Shown here: one piece after another, positions 35,251 through 50,972 of the stretch
How the letters are laid out: each line of letters opens with the position of its first letter
How positions within the stretch are numbered: the first letter of the stretch is position 1
Assembly (NCBI GenBank): GCA_963811165.1
Contig: CAWEQH010000001.1
Location: 160,001 to 224,000, forward strand
Source of the DNA: an uncultured Nitrospiraceae bacterium
Lineage (GTDB): Bacteria; Nitrospirota; Thermodesulfovibrionia; Thermodesulfovibrionales; UBA6898
Direction: 5' to 3'
Length of the DNA: 64,000 nt
Translations under genes and position numbers: made by a program
The notes under the pieces: model-generated
What the model was told of the DNA's origin: nothing
What the model saw: the letters and a program-made list of their open reading frames with translations, nothing else
The model's database searches: none

Positions 35251-35697
35251 ATGGAGATAAGGAGAATCCTTTTTGCTACTGATTTTTCGGAAGGTTCTTC
35301 TCATGCCCTTCCCTACGCACTGGATATCGCAAAACAATATGGGGCTAAACTTTTTTTGCTGCACGTCATATATGATGTGGCCAAAAGTGCCGGATGGTAC
35401 GTGCCTCAAGTGTCGATTGATGAAATCTACCACGATATGGAAAAAAGCGCCAGGATCGAGCTCGAAAAAAGCTATAGCGATGATATGAGAGGCATGAAGG
35501 ACGTTGAACCTGTTGTGCTAAAGGGCATTCCCTACGAAGAAATTACGAAGTTCGCAAGCGATAATAAAATAGACCTTGTCGTGCTCGGCACGCATGGACG
35601 GAGAGGCATAGACAGGATGCTTTTCGGCAGTACGGCAGAGCAGGTGGTTCGTAGCGCACCGTGCCCCGTTCTTTCGGTAAGGATACCTAAACATTAA
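35251..35697 (+). CDS. Universal stress protein
   Basis: ILFATDFS, GTHGRRG..FGSTAEQVVR.APCPV. Confidence 0.92.
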   Translation: MEIRRILFATDFSEGSSHALPYALDIAKQYGAKLFLLHVIYDVAKSAGWYVPQVSIDEIYHDMEKSARIELEKSYSDDMRGMKDVEPVVLKGIPYEEITKFASDNKIDLVVLGTHGRRGIDRMLFGSTAEQVVRSAPCPVLSVRIPKH

Positions 35698-35700
35698 GAC

Positions 35701-36207
35701 ATGCGAGTGTATCTTTCAGAGAATGCATTTATAGACTTATTGCTGAGCTCGGCGGAGGTCTATAAAAGGGAATGCCTGGGCTTTCTTCTTGGCTATAAGC
35801 TTGAGGACAGGTTTATTATCGAACATGCCTTCAGTTTCCAGACTGCGTACAGAAAGCACAAAGGGGTGGTGTCTTTCGACAGAAGTCATAAAAAAATCGA
35901 CCCTATTCTCGATCGTCTTGACCGCATTCAGATCATCGGAGATTTTCATTCGCACACACAGTTTGGGACAATGAAAGGCCTTCCCTTCCCGAGCCCCGAA
36001 GATATCGAAGGGATGGCCGCAGATCACATCTATCTCATCGTTGCAATTAATAACAATAAAAAAACTATGTCCTGGGCTGAAAACAGAGACAGCACTGTTT
36101 CTGGGTCCGTGGGCGACTTCTTTTTTAAGATCTCTGCCCATTTTCTCAACGGCAGCTCTTCACCAAGAAAAGCAAAAATCCATTGTCCGTTCCCTCCGGG
36201 ATTTTGA
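35701..36207 (+). CDS. JAB/MPN+ (Mov34) domain protein
   Basis: ECLGFLLG, GDFHSH...PSPED. Confidence 0.8.
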   Translation: MRVYLSENAFIDLLLSSAEVYKRECLGFLLGYKLEDRFIIEHAFSFQTAYRKHKGVVSFDRSHKKIDPILDRLDRIQIIGDFHSHTQFGTMKGLPFPSPEDIEGMAADHIYLIVAINNNKKTMSWAENRDSTVSGSVGDFFFKISAHFLNGSSSPRKAKIHCPFPPGF

Positions 36208-36258
36208 CCAAAGTGCGATAGCATCATGCGAGACTGAGTACACAGGAAATTTTTCGAA

Positions 36259-37107
36259 GTGGCGATAAAAAAGTTTCTTTTTTTCTCGATAGTGTTTCAT
36301 CTCGTTCTTTTTCTGGGGATATATTTTGTCCCTGAGCCTAAAATAAAAAAGGCACGCGAATTTATTACCAGTCTTGTATCCCCTGAAGAGCTAAAAAAAC
36401 CCGAGATACCAGCAAGACCTTTGCCGACACCTGTTCCCAAGCCTGTCCCGCGGCGGAAGGCGTTTCCTAGCCCCCTGCCAGCATTGCCTCCTTTAAAAAG
36501 GATTATACCCCGCAGGGCGCCTCTGCCCCTTGAAGAACCTGTTGTGAAAGGGGAGGGAAAAGAGAGTGGCAAGCCCCTTCCCGAAGGTGTGCGTCCAAAA
36601 GAAAGTGAGGGCGGCAAGAGCGGAGAAACCAAAGAAGCGGGCGACGCGAGAGATACGAAAAATGCAGTTGAATCAGGGAAGCCCGGGTTTTCCGCACGGA
36701 GGTCGTTAAGGGAGATTACTGAAGCGGTGGTCAAGAAGGATTCCATCGGGTCAGGCAGCAAGGCGAAAAAAGATGATGCCGTTACATTTGACACGGAAGA
36801 CTACCGGTATGCCGGCTATATGAGTAACCTGAGGCAGAAAATTGAAAGCATATGGGTTTATCCTCCCGAGGCCGCTGGCCGGGGTATTTATGGTGATCTG
36901 AAAATACAATTTACTATCAAGAAAGATGGAAGATTAGGCGCGGTCGAACTTGTCAGAACCTCCGGGCATAAGATGCTTGACGACGCGGCGATAAAGGCCC
37001 TCAGGGACGGAGAACCTTATTGGCCTCTGCCGGATTCTTGGGGCAAAGATTCATACACAATCTTAGGACATTTTGTATACGTGTATGGAGGGTACTATAT
37101 CAAATAG
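36259..37107 (+). CDS. TonB/TolA-family energy transducer
   Basis: TM with S..H motif, Pro-rich linker, TonB_C (YPPEA, TSGHKMLD). Confidence 0.82.
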   Translation: MAIKKFLFFSIVFHLVLFLGIYFVPEPKIKKAREFITSLVSPEELKKPEIPARPLPTPVPKPVPRRKAFPSPLPALPPLKRIIPRRAPLPLEEPVVKGEGKESGKPLPEGVRPKESEGGKSGETKEAGDARDTKNAVESGKPGFSARRSLREITEAVVKKDSIGSGSKAKKDDAVTFDTEDYRYAGYMSNLRQKIESIWVYPPEAAGRGIYGDLKIQFTIKKDGRLGAVELVRTSGHKMLDDAAIKALRDGEPYWPLPDSWGKDSYTILGHFVYVYGGYYIK

Positions 37108-37164
37108 TGAGCATGAAAGGGCTAAATAAACGATTCTCATCCGGTCACTCTCAAGGGAAGAGAG

Positions 37165-37947
37165 TCAGATGCCTCGCAACTGATCAATTTTTCCGCCGAT
37201 ATCAGGCGATTCCATGAGACATGTTCCGACCAGCATTGCGTCAATTCCGGCGGCCTCGATTTTTACTACATCTTCTCTTCTATTAATGCCACTTTCACTT
37301 ACGACAATAATATCAACGGGAATTTCCTTTTTCAATTGAAGAGATGTATTAAGGTCGATCAAAAGAGTTTTAAGGTCCCGATTGTTTATACCGATAATAG
37401 GGGCATTTATCCTAAGAGCTTTTTCGAGTTCGCTGAAATTGTGGATCTCGAACAGTACGGACATGCCCAAGTCATGAGAGAGATGAAGATACTCTTCCGC
37501 CTCTCTTTGGTCGAGGATAGCCGCAATCAGAAGCAGGGCATCTGAGCCGTTTGCCCTTGCCTCATATATCTGATATTCATCGAAGATGAAATCTTTTCTC
37601 AGAACAGGCACTGTGACCGCCTTTTTCACATCTGGCAGGAAATCGAGCTTACCCTGGAAAAAGTCCTCTTCGGTTATGACAGAAACGGCGTCCACCTTTT
37701 TTGTTTCATACACCGAAGCGATTTGGCCAGGATCAAAACTTTTCCTTATAAGCCCTCTCGAGGGCGAAGCCTTCTTGATTTCTGCGATGATTTTTAGCGC
37801 TCCGCCATCTCTCATAATTGCTCTCCGGAAATCTCGCGGGGCTTCTATGTCGCGGATAACGGATTTCAGTTCTGCCACCGAAGCCCTCATTTTTGCGGAT
37901 ACCAGCCGTTCTTTTTTCCTAGTGACTATTGCTTCCAAAATCGACAT
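37165..37947 (-). CDS. trpC: Indole-3-glycerol phosphate synthase
   Basis: IAEIKKASPSRG, LRKDF, GINNRDL, SESGI. Confidence 0.95.
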   Translation of the reverse strand: MSILEAIVTRKKERLVSAKMRASVAELKSVIRDIEAPRDFRRAIMRDGGALKIIAEIKKASPSRGLIRKSFDPGQIASVYETKKVDAVSVITEEDFFQGKLDFLPDVKKAVTVPVLRKDFIFDEYQIYEARANGSDALLLIAAILDQREAEEYLHLSHDLGMSVLFEIHNFSELEKALRINAPIIGINNRDLKTLLIDLNTSLQLKKEIPVDIIVVSESGINRREDVVKIEAAGIDAMLVGTCLMESPDIGGKIDQLRGI

Positions 37948-38028
37948 GAGCAATTTTAATAGTAATCCCGATGGTTTTTCAATATATGTCACTGGAAAAT
38001 TCCGCTATTTGATATAATTAGCCCTGGT

Positions 38029-39610
38029 ATGGATCAGAAACGTAAGATCGCAAAAGCTGCCGGCATAATGTCTGCCGCGACCTTCATAAGCCGAGTCCTC
38101 GGGTTTGTGAGAGACATGATATTCGCGATTTATTTCGGCGCAACCGGGCTCTCAGATACCTTTTTTGCTGCTTTCCGGATACCGAACCTGTTAAGGGAAC
38201 TTTTTGCCGAAGGATCAATGTCTTCGGCATTCATTCCTGTGTTGACCGAATACCACCAAAAACACGGCGAGGATGAAGCGAGGAGGCTAGTTTCAATAAC
38301 GTTTACCTTCATCATCGTCGTTGTTGGCATTATCTGTCTCTTGGGCATTTTTTTCGCACCTGCGCTGGTCACTGTCATAGCCCCCGGCTTCCTAAAGTTT
38401 CCTGATAAATTCGCACTCACCGTTCTTCTCACCAGAATCATGTTCCCCTTTCTCCTCTTCGTGAGTCTTGCCGCGCTTGCGATGGGAGCGTTGAATACAA
38501 AAAAAGTATTTTTTGTTCCTGCTCTTGCGCCTGCCATGTTCAATGTCACCCTGATCGTGAGCATCGTCTTCTTTGAATCCGTTTCCGATAAGCCGATCGT
38601 CGTTGCGGCCGCGGGCATCCTTGCAGGAGGGCTCGTGCAGTTTGTGTTTCAGCTCCCCTCTTTTTTCAAGAACGGCTATGGACTTGAGATCAACGCTTCT
38701 TTCACCACCCTGGGCTGAGGCGGATGTCTATTCTCCTGATACCAGCGACGATGGCCCTCGCAGTAAACCAGATCAATATCGTTATCAGCAACATCCTGGC
38801 TTCCTACCTTCCTACCGGGAGCATTACCTACCTCTATTACGCGATGAGGCTGATCCAGTTCCCTGTAGGGATATTCGGCGTTGCGATGGGAATGGCAGTG
38901 CTGCCCACACTTTCAGAGCATGCGGTGAAGGGCGACATGATTTCGCTCAGAGAGGATTTTTCCTTCGCCCTGCGGCTGCTTTTTTCATCTCGGTCCCCTC
39001 GATGGTGGGCTTAGCGGCACTTCGGGAGCCGATCGTAAATCTTCTTTTTCAGAGGGGACACTTCGATTATGCGGCAACGCAGGGAACCGAGAATGCCCTT
39101 CTCTTTTACTCTCTCGGCATATGGTCAATCGTAGGCGTGAGAGTTATCACCGCTTCCTTCTATGCGATGCAAAATACGAGGACACCTGTGAAAATAGCTG
39201 TTGTAGGAATGGCGGCGAACATACTCTTTAGCATAGCGCTCATGGGACCAATGAAGCATTCGGGGCTTGCCCTTGCGAATGCGCTTGCCTCATGGGTCAA
39301 TTTTTCACTACTCTTTTATTTCTTGAGAAAGGAATTGAAACGCGTCGATGCCAAGAGGATAATACGATCGTTTCTGAAGATTCTTGTCGCTTCGGCCGTT
39401 ATGGGAGTGACGGGATGGGCGCTTCTTCACGGCGAGTTGTGGCGAAGGAGCGGGGGCGTTATCGAGAAGACCTTATATTTTTCGGGTACAGCCATTCTCT
39501 GCATCGTGATCTACATCGCCATGAGTTTATTGCTCAAGAATGAAGAAATAGTACATGTATATGATATGGTGAAAAGAAAAGTCGGGAAGAAGGAGGCGGT
39601 CTCCGGATGA
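38029..39610 (+). CDS. murJ: Lipid II flippase, broken by indels near 38700 and 38985
   Basis: SRVLGFVRD, FRIPNLLRELFAEG, YAMRLIQFP, FQRGHF, FYAMQNTRTP. Confidence 0.93.
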
Positions 39611-40230
39611 AAATAGAACGCCTGATTGTGGGGCAGCTTCAGAGTAACTGTTACATTATCTATGACGAAAAAAGCCTTGTGGCAATGGTAGTAGACCCCG
39701 GTGACGAACCTGACAAGATACTTGATATTGTCAAAGGGAAGAATCTCAATGTAGCGTATATTGTCTGTACCCATGGCCATTTTGATCACATCGGAGGGGT
39801 CGGCGAAGTAAAAGAGACGACGGGAGCAATGATTGTTCTTAACAGGGAAGACCTCGAACTCTATCTCAGGGCAGGAGACCAAGGAGCCATTTGGGGATTC
39901 GACGTCGGCCGTCAGCCAGAACCCGACAAGTTTGTTTCGGATGGGGAAGAATTGCTTATCGGAGACCTGACATTTACCGTCCTGTCTACGCCTGGGCACA
40001 GCCCGGGAGGAATATGCCTGTACGGGCAAGGAGTTCTCTTTACTGGTGACACGATTTTTGCCGGTTCTGTGGGGCGGACTGACCTTTATGGCGGTGACAT
40101 GGGGGAACTAAAAAAGTCTTTTGTGAGATTGATTTCGCTACCGTCTGACACAAAGATCCTGCCTGGGCATGGAAGCGGTTCAACTATTGGAAAGGAAAAA
40201 ATAGTAAACTTTTTTGTTCATGAAATATAA
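39607..40230 (+). CDS. MBL-fold hydrolase (glyoxalase II-like)
   Basis: THGHFDH, TPGHSPG, GDTIF, PGHG. Confidence 0.9.
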   Translation: MKIERLIVGQLQSNCYIIYDEKSLVAMVVDPGDEPDKILDIVKGKNLNVAYIVCTHGHFDHIGGVGEVKETTGAMIVLNREDLELYLRAGDQGAIWGFDVGRQPEPDKFVSDGEELLIGDLTFTVLSTPGHSPGGICLYGQGVLFTGDTIFAGSVGRTDLYGGDMGELKKSFVRLISLPSDTKILPGHGSGSTIGKEKIVNFFVHEI

Positions 40231-40312
40231 GTCATTATTCTTGAAATAAAAAAGAAGAACGATTTTTTTAAGATATATTGCGGTTTTTAGGGAATTATAA
40301 GAAAATTTCCTC

Positions 40313-40497
40313 TTGACTATATTTCTAAAACTGTTATTCTATTATTAGAAAAAATAGTTGCAAATTTAATTTGGTTTAGTTTATATTATCAAGTTGCTTG
40401 ATAAAGGGCTATGCTTTTTTCTGGTAGCTTTTATTATTCTCCGGAATACCTTATTAAATCTGATATCCAGGTATCTAGAGAGTGTTCTTTGAAAACT
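40313..40497 (+). promoter_or_regulatory. rrn leader with tandem sigma70-like promoters and boxA
   Basis: TTGACT..TATTCT (40313-40340), TTGCAA..TATATT (40358-40387), boxA TGTTCTTTGAAA near 40483. Confidence 0.6.
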
Positions 40498-40536
40498 AAA
40501 GAGTAGGTTCCGTTAAGTTTTTTGAGTAACCAGAAA

Positions 40537-42070
<1,534 letters not shown>

Positions 42071-42182
42071 ATGATAGTAAAATGACGGAACCTGCTCTTA
42101 GTTTTATAAATGGCTTCGCCCGGAAGTCCCCAAGGGCTTCCGAGGCGGGCAATGTTCTTTGACAACAGAAGGGAAGAAGTAA

Positions 42183-45212
<3,030 letters not shown>

Positions 45213-45301
45213 TTATTTTTACTTCTTCCCTCCTGTTGTCAAAAATAAAACAACTTGCCAAAAATAAAAAAAGTAGTAAAATATAAAAAATCTATCTTTA
45301 T

Positions 45302-45329
45302 AGAGAGGGCCGCCCAAAGGCCCTTTTCT
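45302..45329 (+). terminator. Hairpin downstream of 23S (possible rrn terminator)
   Basis: AGAGAGGGCC-N7-GGCCCTTTTCT. Confidence 0.5.
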
Positions 45330-45362
45330 TATATCGTTGAAGGGTGGAGTTGAAGGAGTAAT

Positions 45363-46793
45363 ATGAGAGAAAGGGACATCTTCGAAGAGATCATAGACAT
45401 AGGTAAGAGAAGGGGAACGCTTACCTACGATGAAATAAACGATGCTTTGCCTTCAGAGTTTTTCTCTCCTGATGAATTAGAAGACCTTATGGATCTCTTA
45501 CAGGACATGGGGGTGAAAGTAGTCGATTATGAGGAACCCGGTGTTTCTGAGGAAGAAGCTCCTGAAGAAGAGGAAGTAGGGGAATACGAAAAGACGGAAG
45601 ACCTTGTTCAGGCATATTTCCATTCCATGGGCGATATTTCCATACTTACCAAGGACGAGGAAACCGAACTCGCGAAGAGATTGGAAGAAGGCAGAGAGAT
45701 TATCAAAGAAATTGTCACTGCGATGCCCCTCTACAGAAAAATAGAGGAGAGTTTAGAGAGTCCAGGAAGAAGAAACAATCGAGGTAGAAGAAGAAAAGCC
45801 TGATGAAGCCTTGATTATGACCTGAAGATCCTTGATACCCTGATGAGGAAAGTGGAGGCGGCCGATAGGAAAATTACGCGGCACGGTTCGCTAAAGGACC
45901 TTAAGAAAATAATATGTGATAAGAAGAAAAAAGAAGTCAATCCCATGAAATTGGCTGCCCTGGCTAAAGAAGTCCAGAATGATTATCGAAAAGTTGAGGC
46001 CGAAACGGGCATAAGACTCGAAGAATTGAGGGGCAAGTGGGATAGAATTACGAAGGCCAGGTCGCTGGTCACCGAGGCCAAGAATGAATTGATAACGAGA
46101 AATTTGAGATTGGTTGTAAATATTGCAAAGAATTATGTGGGCAGGGGGCTCCCTTTACTAGACCTTATCCAGGAAGGCAACATAGGGTTGATGAAGGCTG
46201 TTGATAAATTCAAATATGAAAAAGGTTTTAAATTCTCGACTTACGCAACCTGGTGGATAAGGCAGGCGATCACACGTGCTCTCATCGATCAAACGAAGAC
46301 TATAAGGGTACCGGTTCATATGATGGAATTCTATAACCGGGTTACGAAGGCTTCCCGGGAATTGACCCAGCAGTTGGGCAGGGAGCCGAGCAATGAGGAA
46401 ATTGCCAAGAAATTGATCGTCCCTACCAGAAAAGTTGAGGAGGTGTTTAGGGCCATACAGGATCCTATTGCGCTTCAAACCCCGGTAGGCGACGAGGATA
46501 CGGAACTCGAAGATTTTATTGGGGACAAGAACAGTCCCTCTCCATACTCAGACGCGGAAAGGAACGAGATCTCCGAACAGATACTCATGATCCTTAAGAC
46601 ACTTACACCAAAAGAGGAGAAGGTAATCAGGATGAGATTTGGGATAGGTGTCGACAGAGATCATACCCTTGAAGAAGTGGGAAGGCATCTCTCTATCACG
46701 CGCGAGAGAGTACGCCAGATCGAAGCAAAGGCACTAAGGAAGCTGAAACATCCCAGCAGATTGCGGGCGCTGAAAGTCCTCACTACGGCTTAA
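45363..46793 (+). CDS. RpoD-like sigma-70 factor, with indels at ~45760-45825
   Basis: Region 1.1 [49 protein letters not shown]. Confidence 0.9.
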
Positions 46794-46839
46794 TTCTCTA
46801 TCCTTGAACTTTGAAGAGTGCAGGCATTTTTATTGCTGT

Positions 46840-47854
46840 TTATTCCAGCTTCATAATCAAATTTCCTATCAAAATTTCACCGAGATGGTTCTCCAGTACT
46901 ATAGCAGTTGAGGTCGTATCCTGGCAGCTGATTATTTGGATAGAGCCGGTAGTGACCTTATGATCGTCAATGATGTTCACGGTTTTTACAATATCTCCCG
47001 CATCCACACCGTCTTTAAGACCTTTGTCGATATAAACGATGTTTAACTTTGCGTTCCCCAGATGTCCGTAACGCGACGCTACTACATACCCCGTGATATC
47101 GGGCTTTCTGAACTCCCCGGTAGTTAATGGAGGGTTGATTTCGTAATAGGGCACAAGGAGGTCTCCCGATTGCATGTCGTCAAACATTTCTGTAATCTTT
47201 GCCAATATATCGCGGTTTTCCAAGCGGATGATCTCGACCACGCCTGACATTTCCACCAAATATCCAATCTTCTTGTTCGTTACGGGGTGCCTTATGAGCC
47301 CCCCCGCCTTTATAACATAAAACCGCTCGCCAACCTTCACCGGCTTATCAATCTTCACATAGACAATGTCATTATTACCGAATAAGATCCTATCAGGAGC
47401 CCCTGAAATGTTCCCTACCGCCGAAACAGAATCAGCGATAAAGCCGCTTGCAACTAAAATACTTCTGTCGATGAGAGGCAGGAGTTTGACTGATGCTGGT
47501 GAAGGTTTTTCACCCTCACTCAGCCGCTTTCATCATTTCCCCCTTAGAAGGGGATTCGGCGGGGCCTGGCGCGGCACTCGTTGTCTGCTTTCCCTGCTCC
47601 TCCTTCTGCGCATAGCGGAGGGGGATTCTTATCTTCTGGCCTGGATATATTTTATCGGGGTTTGCAATTTCACGATTTTCCTGCCATACCTTTGGCCATA
47701 AGAAAGGATCTCCAAGTTCTTTGCCGGAAATATTCCATAAGGTGTCGCCTGAGTTAACTTTGTAATCCTTTATTTCCTGGGTCTGAGACAGGGAAATAGA
47801 TGGAATTAGCAGGATTAAAACTATGTACATGCAAAGAAAGCTTCTTCTGAACAT
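46840..47854 (-). CDS. LysM peptidoglycan-binding protein (TsaP-like), frameshifted
   Basis: Signal peptide, GDTLWNIS...WPKVW..N..I.NP..IYPG; C-terminal beta domain in ORF 46840..47358. Confidence 0.75.
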
Positions 47855-47982
47855 ATTGCACCCCTTTTGTTAAGTTTTGCTCCTTTAAAACATAACTGAG
47901 ATAAAAAAAACTGTCAAGCATATTCGAACAGCATTCTCGATCCATTTGACATAAAGGTGTTAAAAAAATGCATAATTAACAT

Positions 47983-48909
47983 ATGGGAAGATTCAGATCG
48001 TTCGGACAATACATGAGGGATAAATTCGGGTACACCGTATACAAGGTGAACGTAGATGCCGGTTTTACCTGCCCTAACAGAGATGGCACGCTGGGAGTGT
48101 CGGGCTGCATTTACTGCAATAATGATAGCTTTAGGCCGAACTCTTGCCGGCCGACCCTGTCGGTCGCCAATCAGGTTGAGAACGGTATTGTACATGTGAA
48201 AAAAAGGTATGGGGCTCAGAATTTTCTCGTATACTTTCAGCCATATACCAACACATACGCTCCGGTAGACCAACTTGAAACAATCTTCCTGGAGGCGCTT
48301 AGAGAACCCTCGGTTGCAGGTTTGGCCATTGGCACCCGGCCCGACGCAATCGACCGTGAAAAGATCGAAATGCTCGAGGGCCTCGCTTCTGAATACTTTA
48401 TTCTTATAGAGTACGGCCTCCAATCTATTTATGACAAAAGTCTGGAGTTTATCAACAGGGGCCATGATTATCAAACTTTCCTGAATGCACTTGAGATCAC
48501 AAAAAACAGAGGGATCTTTATCGGTGCCCATATCATTGCAGGTTTTCCTACTGAGACGAGGGATGAAACGCTCGCAATGGCCGAGGAAATATCTTCATTG
48601 CCTATCGAATTCCTCAAGATTCATCAGCTTCAGGTGGTAAAAGACACCCCTTTAGAGGAATTTTATATGAAAGAGCCTTTTCATGTCTTTGAATATCAAG
48701 AATATCTCGATTTCCTTGCGGACTTCATCGAAAGACTTTCCCCTGATATTGTGCTGCAACGTCTTTTTGCCACTGCACCCGATGATATTCTTGTCGCACC
48801 CTTGTGGGGGAGGAACAGGCATCAGATCCTGCAGGATATAGAAAAAAATCTTGCAAGAAGAGATACCCATCAGGGGAAAAAATATAAGGCTCAAACGGTT
48901 AACCGCTGA
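47983..48909 (+). CDS. TIGR01212 (YhcC) radical SAM protein
   Basis: GFTCPNRDG..GCIYC, YFQ.YTNTY, IGTRPD. Confidence 0.9.
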   Translation: MGRFRSFGQYMRDKFGYTVYKVNVDAGFTCPNRDGTLGVSGCIYCNNDSFRPNSCRPTLSVANQVENGIVHVKKRYGAQNFLVYFQPYTNTYAPVDQLETIFLEALREPSVAGLAIGTRPDAIDREKIEMLEGLASEYFILIEYGLQSIYDKSLEFINRGHDYQTFLNALEITKNRGIFIGAHIIAGFPTETRDETLAMAEEISSLPIEFLKIHQLQVVKDTPLEEFYMKEPFHVFEYQEYLDFLADFIERLSPDIVLQRLFATAPDDILVAPLWGRNRHQILQDIEKNLARRDTHQGKKYKAQTVNR

Positions 48910-48945
48910 AAAAACGGCAGAGACAGTGCATACTGTGCTCTACGA

Positions 48946-49449
48946 TCATTTCCTTAAGACGATAAGGTCCTTCAATTCCTTTCTCTTCCCATTCTTTGGA
49001 CTTTTGGCCGGGACTCCAAGAGCGATGACAGCCATGAGTTCAAGGTCTTTTTTCATGGCAAGAATCTCTTCAATTTGCTCTCTGTTTTTGAGTATCTCCC
49101 CCAGCCATACCCCACCGAGGCCGAGCGAGTGTGCTTCAAGAAGCATATTCTGAATGCATGCGCCTATTGCCTGGAGGTCCTTTGTCCTGTCATAAGAGGC
49201 GGAGGTATTGAGGAAAACAGCTATGAGGACCTGTGAGCCTTTAACGATCAGCGAATAATGAGTTAGTCGCGAAAAAATATCCTTAAGCGCAGCGTCCCTG
49301 ATTATGGCGAACCGCCAGGGCTGGTTGTTAAGACCGGATGGGGCCCATCTGCCTGCATCGAGGATCTTTTCCAACGCTTCTTCGGGTACGGGACTGCTAT
49401 CGAATTCCCGTATGCTTCGCCTTGATTTTATGATCCCTAGTATGTCCAA
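48946..49449 (-). CDS. Nitroreductase family protein
   Basis: RRSIR, APSGLNNQPW. Confidence 0.9.
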   Translation of the reverse strand: MDILGIIKSRRSIREFDSSPVPEEALEKILDAGRWAPSGLNNQPWRFAIIRDAALKDIFSRLTHYSLIVKGSQVLIAVFLNTSASYDRTKDLQAIGACIQNMLLEAHSLGLGGVWLGEILKNREQIEEILAMKKDLELMAVIALGVPAKSPKNGKRKELKDLIVLRK

Positions 49450-49597
49450 AAAATCCTCAGTCTGCTACAATTGTTCATTAGAAACCCGGGCGGGTTGCAT
49501 AGTCATATGAAAAATATAGAAGAGGAGATCGAGAAAATCAAGATATTTCAGACGAGTCAATCCATGCCTCGTTATTTAGGCAGAGGAGGCATTTTAT

Positions 49598-50074
49598 ATG
49601 ATGGTAAAAAAAATTCTCATAGCAGTTATCGGCGGAAGAAAGGTAGAGAAGTTCCTCCTGAAAGAGGCCGAGGGGGTTGGAAGACTACTTGCGAAAAGGG
49701 GTGCGATACTCCTATGCGGGGGGCTGGGCGGAGTTATGGAAGCGGTTTCAAAAGGTATGAGTTTGGAAGGCGGGCTTACCATTGGGATACTTCCCCAGGA
49801 CCATAAGGAAAAGGCCAACGCCTTTGTGGATGTTCCGATAGCTACGGGGCTCGGTGTTGGAAGAAACGTAATTATCTCCCGCGCAGCTGATGCCGTTATT
49901 GCAGTTGGAGGGGCATACGGAACGCTTTCCGAGATAGCTTTTGCGCTCCAGATGGGAAAGCCTGTTGTCGGAATCAGGACCTGGGATGTAAAAGGCGTAG
50001 TCTCTGCCAGGGATGCGGAAGAAGCGGTGAAAAAGATATATGAAATCTTAAATCCAGGCAACTTCCCTTTCTGA
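49598..50074 (+). CDS. TIGR00725 (LOG/DprA-like Rossmann fold) protein
   Basis: CGGLGGVMEA, TG.G..RN, GGAYGTLSEI. Confidence 0.85.
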   Translation: MMVKKILIAVIGGRKVEKFLLKEAEGVGRLLAKRGAILLCGGLGGVMEAVSKGMSLEGGLTIGILPQDHKEKANAFVDVPIATGLGVGRNVIISRAADAVIAVGGAYGTLSEIAFALQMGKPVVGIRTWDVKGVVSARDAEEAVKKIYEILNPGNFPF

Positions 50075-50123
50075 ACTGTTTAATTCCTTCCACCGTGAGA
50101 ATCTGAATCTCACCCCAATAAAA

Positions 50124-50148
50124 AGGGCCATGATCCGGTCATGGCCCT
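50124..50148. terminator. Terminator hairpin
   Basis: AGGGCCATGA-N5-TCATGGCCCT preceded by an A-tract, between convergent genes. Confidence 0.65.
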
Positions 50149-50179
50149 CAAGGGAAAAGTGAAATCCTTCATTGAAGGA

Positions 50180-50824
50180 TTATCCAATGAGTTCCTTTCC
50201 GCAGTGCTTACATATCTTGGCGCGTATCTTTATGATTTCGGCGCAGTAAGGACATTCCATCGTGAAGTTCTTCTTATGGATCTTCTGAACCGACTCGGCG
50301 ACTTTTTTCTGGATGACCTCGTTGATAAAATTATAATTCGTCAATGGCTCCACGGCGCGAAGGTCGCCAAGCTCGCCCAAGTGCTCGGCTGCCTTCAGTC
50401 TTACACTTCCGAAGCCGTCCTCGTCGGTAAGCACCTTCAAGATTGCGTCTATATCTTTTCCTATATAGTAATCTGTCAGGGACTGGAACGCCTTTTTTCT
50501 CGCCTCCGCATCCGCCATTTCCTGTGCCTCTTTTATCTCGTCGATAATATCGCCCTTCATGGCGTCCCTGCTGCCGCAGGGAAGGCTGGAAGACTCACCT
50601 GAATCCGGATGAAGCATGAAACGATAGCCCATTTCCTGGCCGTATGTTTCATACATGTGTTTCCAGCTGTTTTTAAAATGACGGCAATCGTCATTAAAGC
50701 AAACGTAAAGAAAACTGCTGCACCAGCCCAGCCCGTCCGCAAAATTAAAAGTCGGGGTACTCCATTTATTGAGTTTTTGCCCGCAATGCGGACAAACTGC
50801 CTTATCTTCCATAACCTGTGCCAT
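50180..50824 (-). CDS. Zn-finger + HEAT-like + Zn-ribbon hypothetical protein
   Basis: CPHC..DGLGW..VCFNDDC; VRLKAAEHLGELGD; CPYCAE..CKHCG. Confidence 0.75.
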   Translation of the reverse strand: MAQVMEDKAVCPHCGQKLNKWSTPTFNFADGLGWCSSFLYVCFNDDCRHFKNSWKHMYETYGQEMGYRFMLHPDSGESSSLPCGSRDAMKGDIIDEIKEAQEMADAEARKKAFQSLTDYYIGKDIDAILKVLTDEDGFGSVRLKAAEHLGELGDLRAVEPLTNYNFINEVIQKKVAESVQKIHKKNFTMECPYCAEIIKIRAKICKHCGKELIG

Positions 50825-50972
50825 ACTCTTTCTCCTTTACAAAAACATTACCAAACAAAAGATTAATTGTAACTCCGCCTACTATTTCTCAGTCGGGGCA
50901 GAACTTTACAAATAACATGGTTTATTAATTATAACAGATCAAGCTGATATTCTGCCTAAAAAAGTCCGACAC

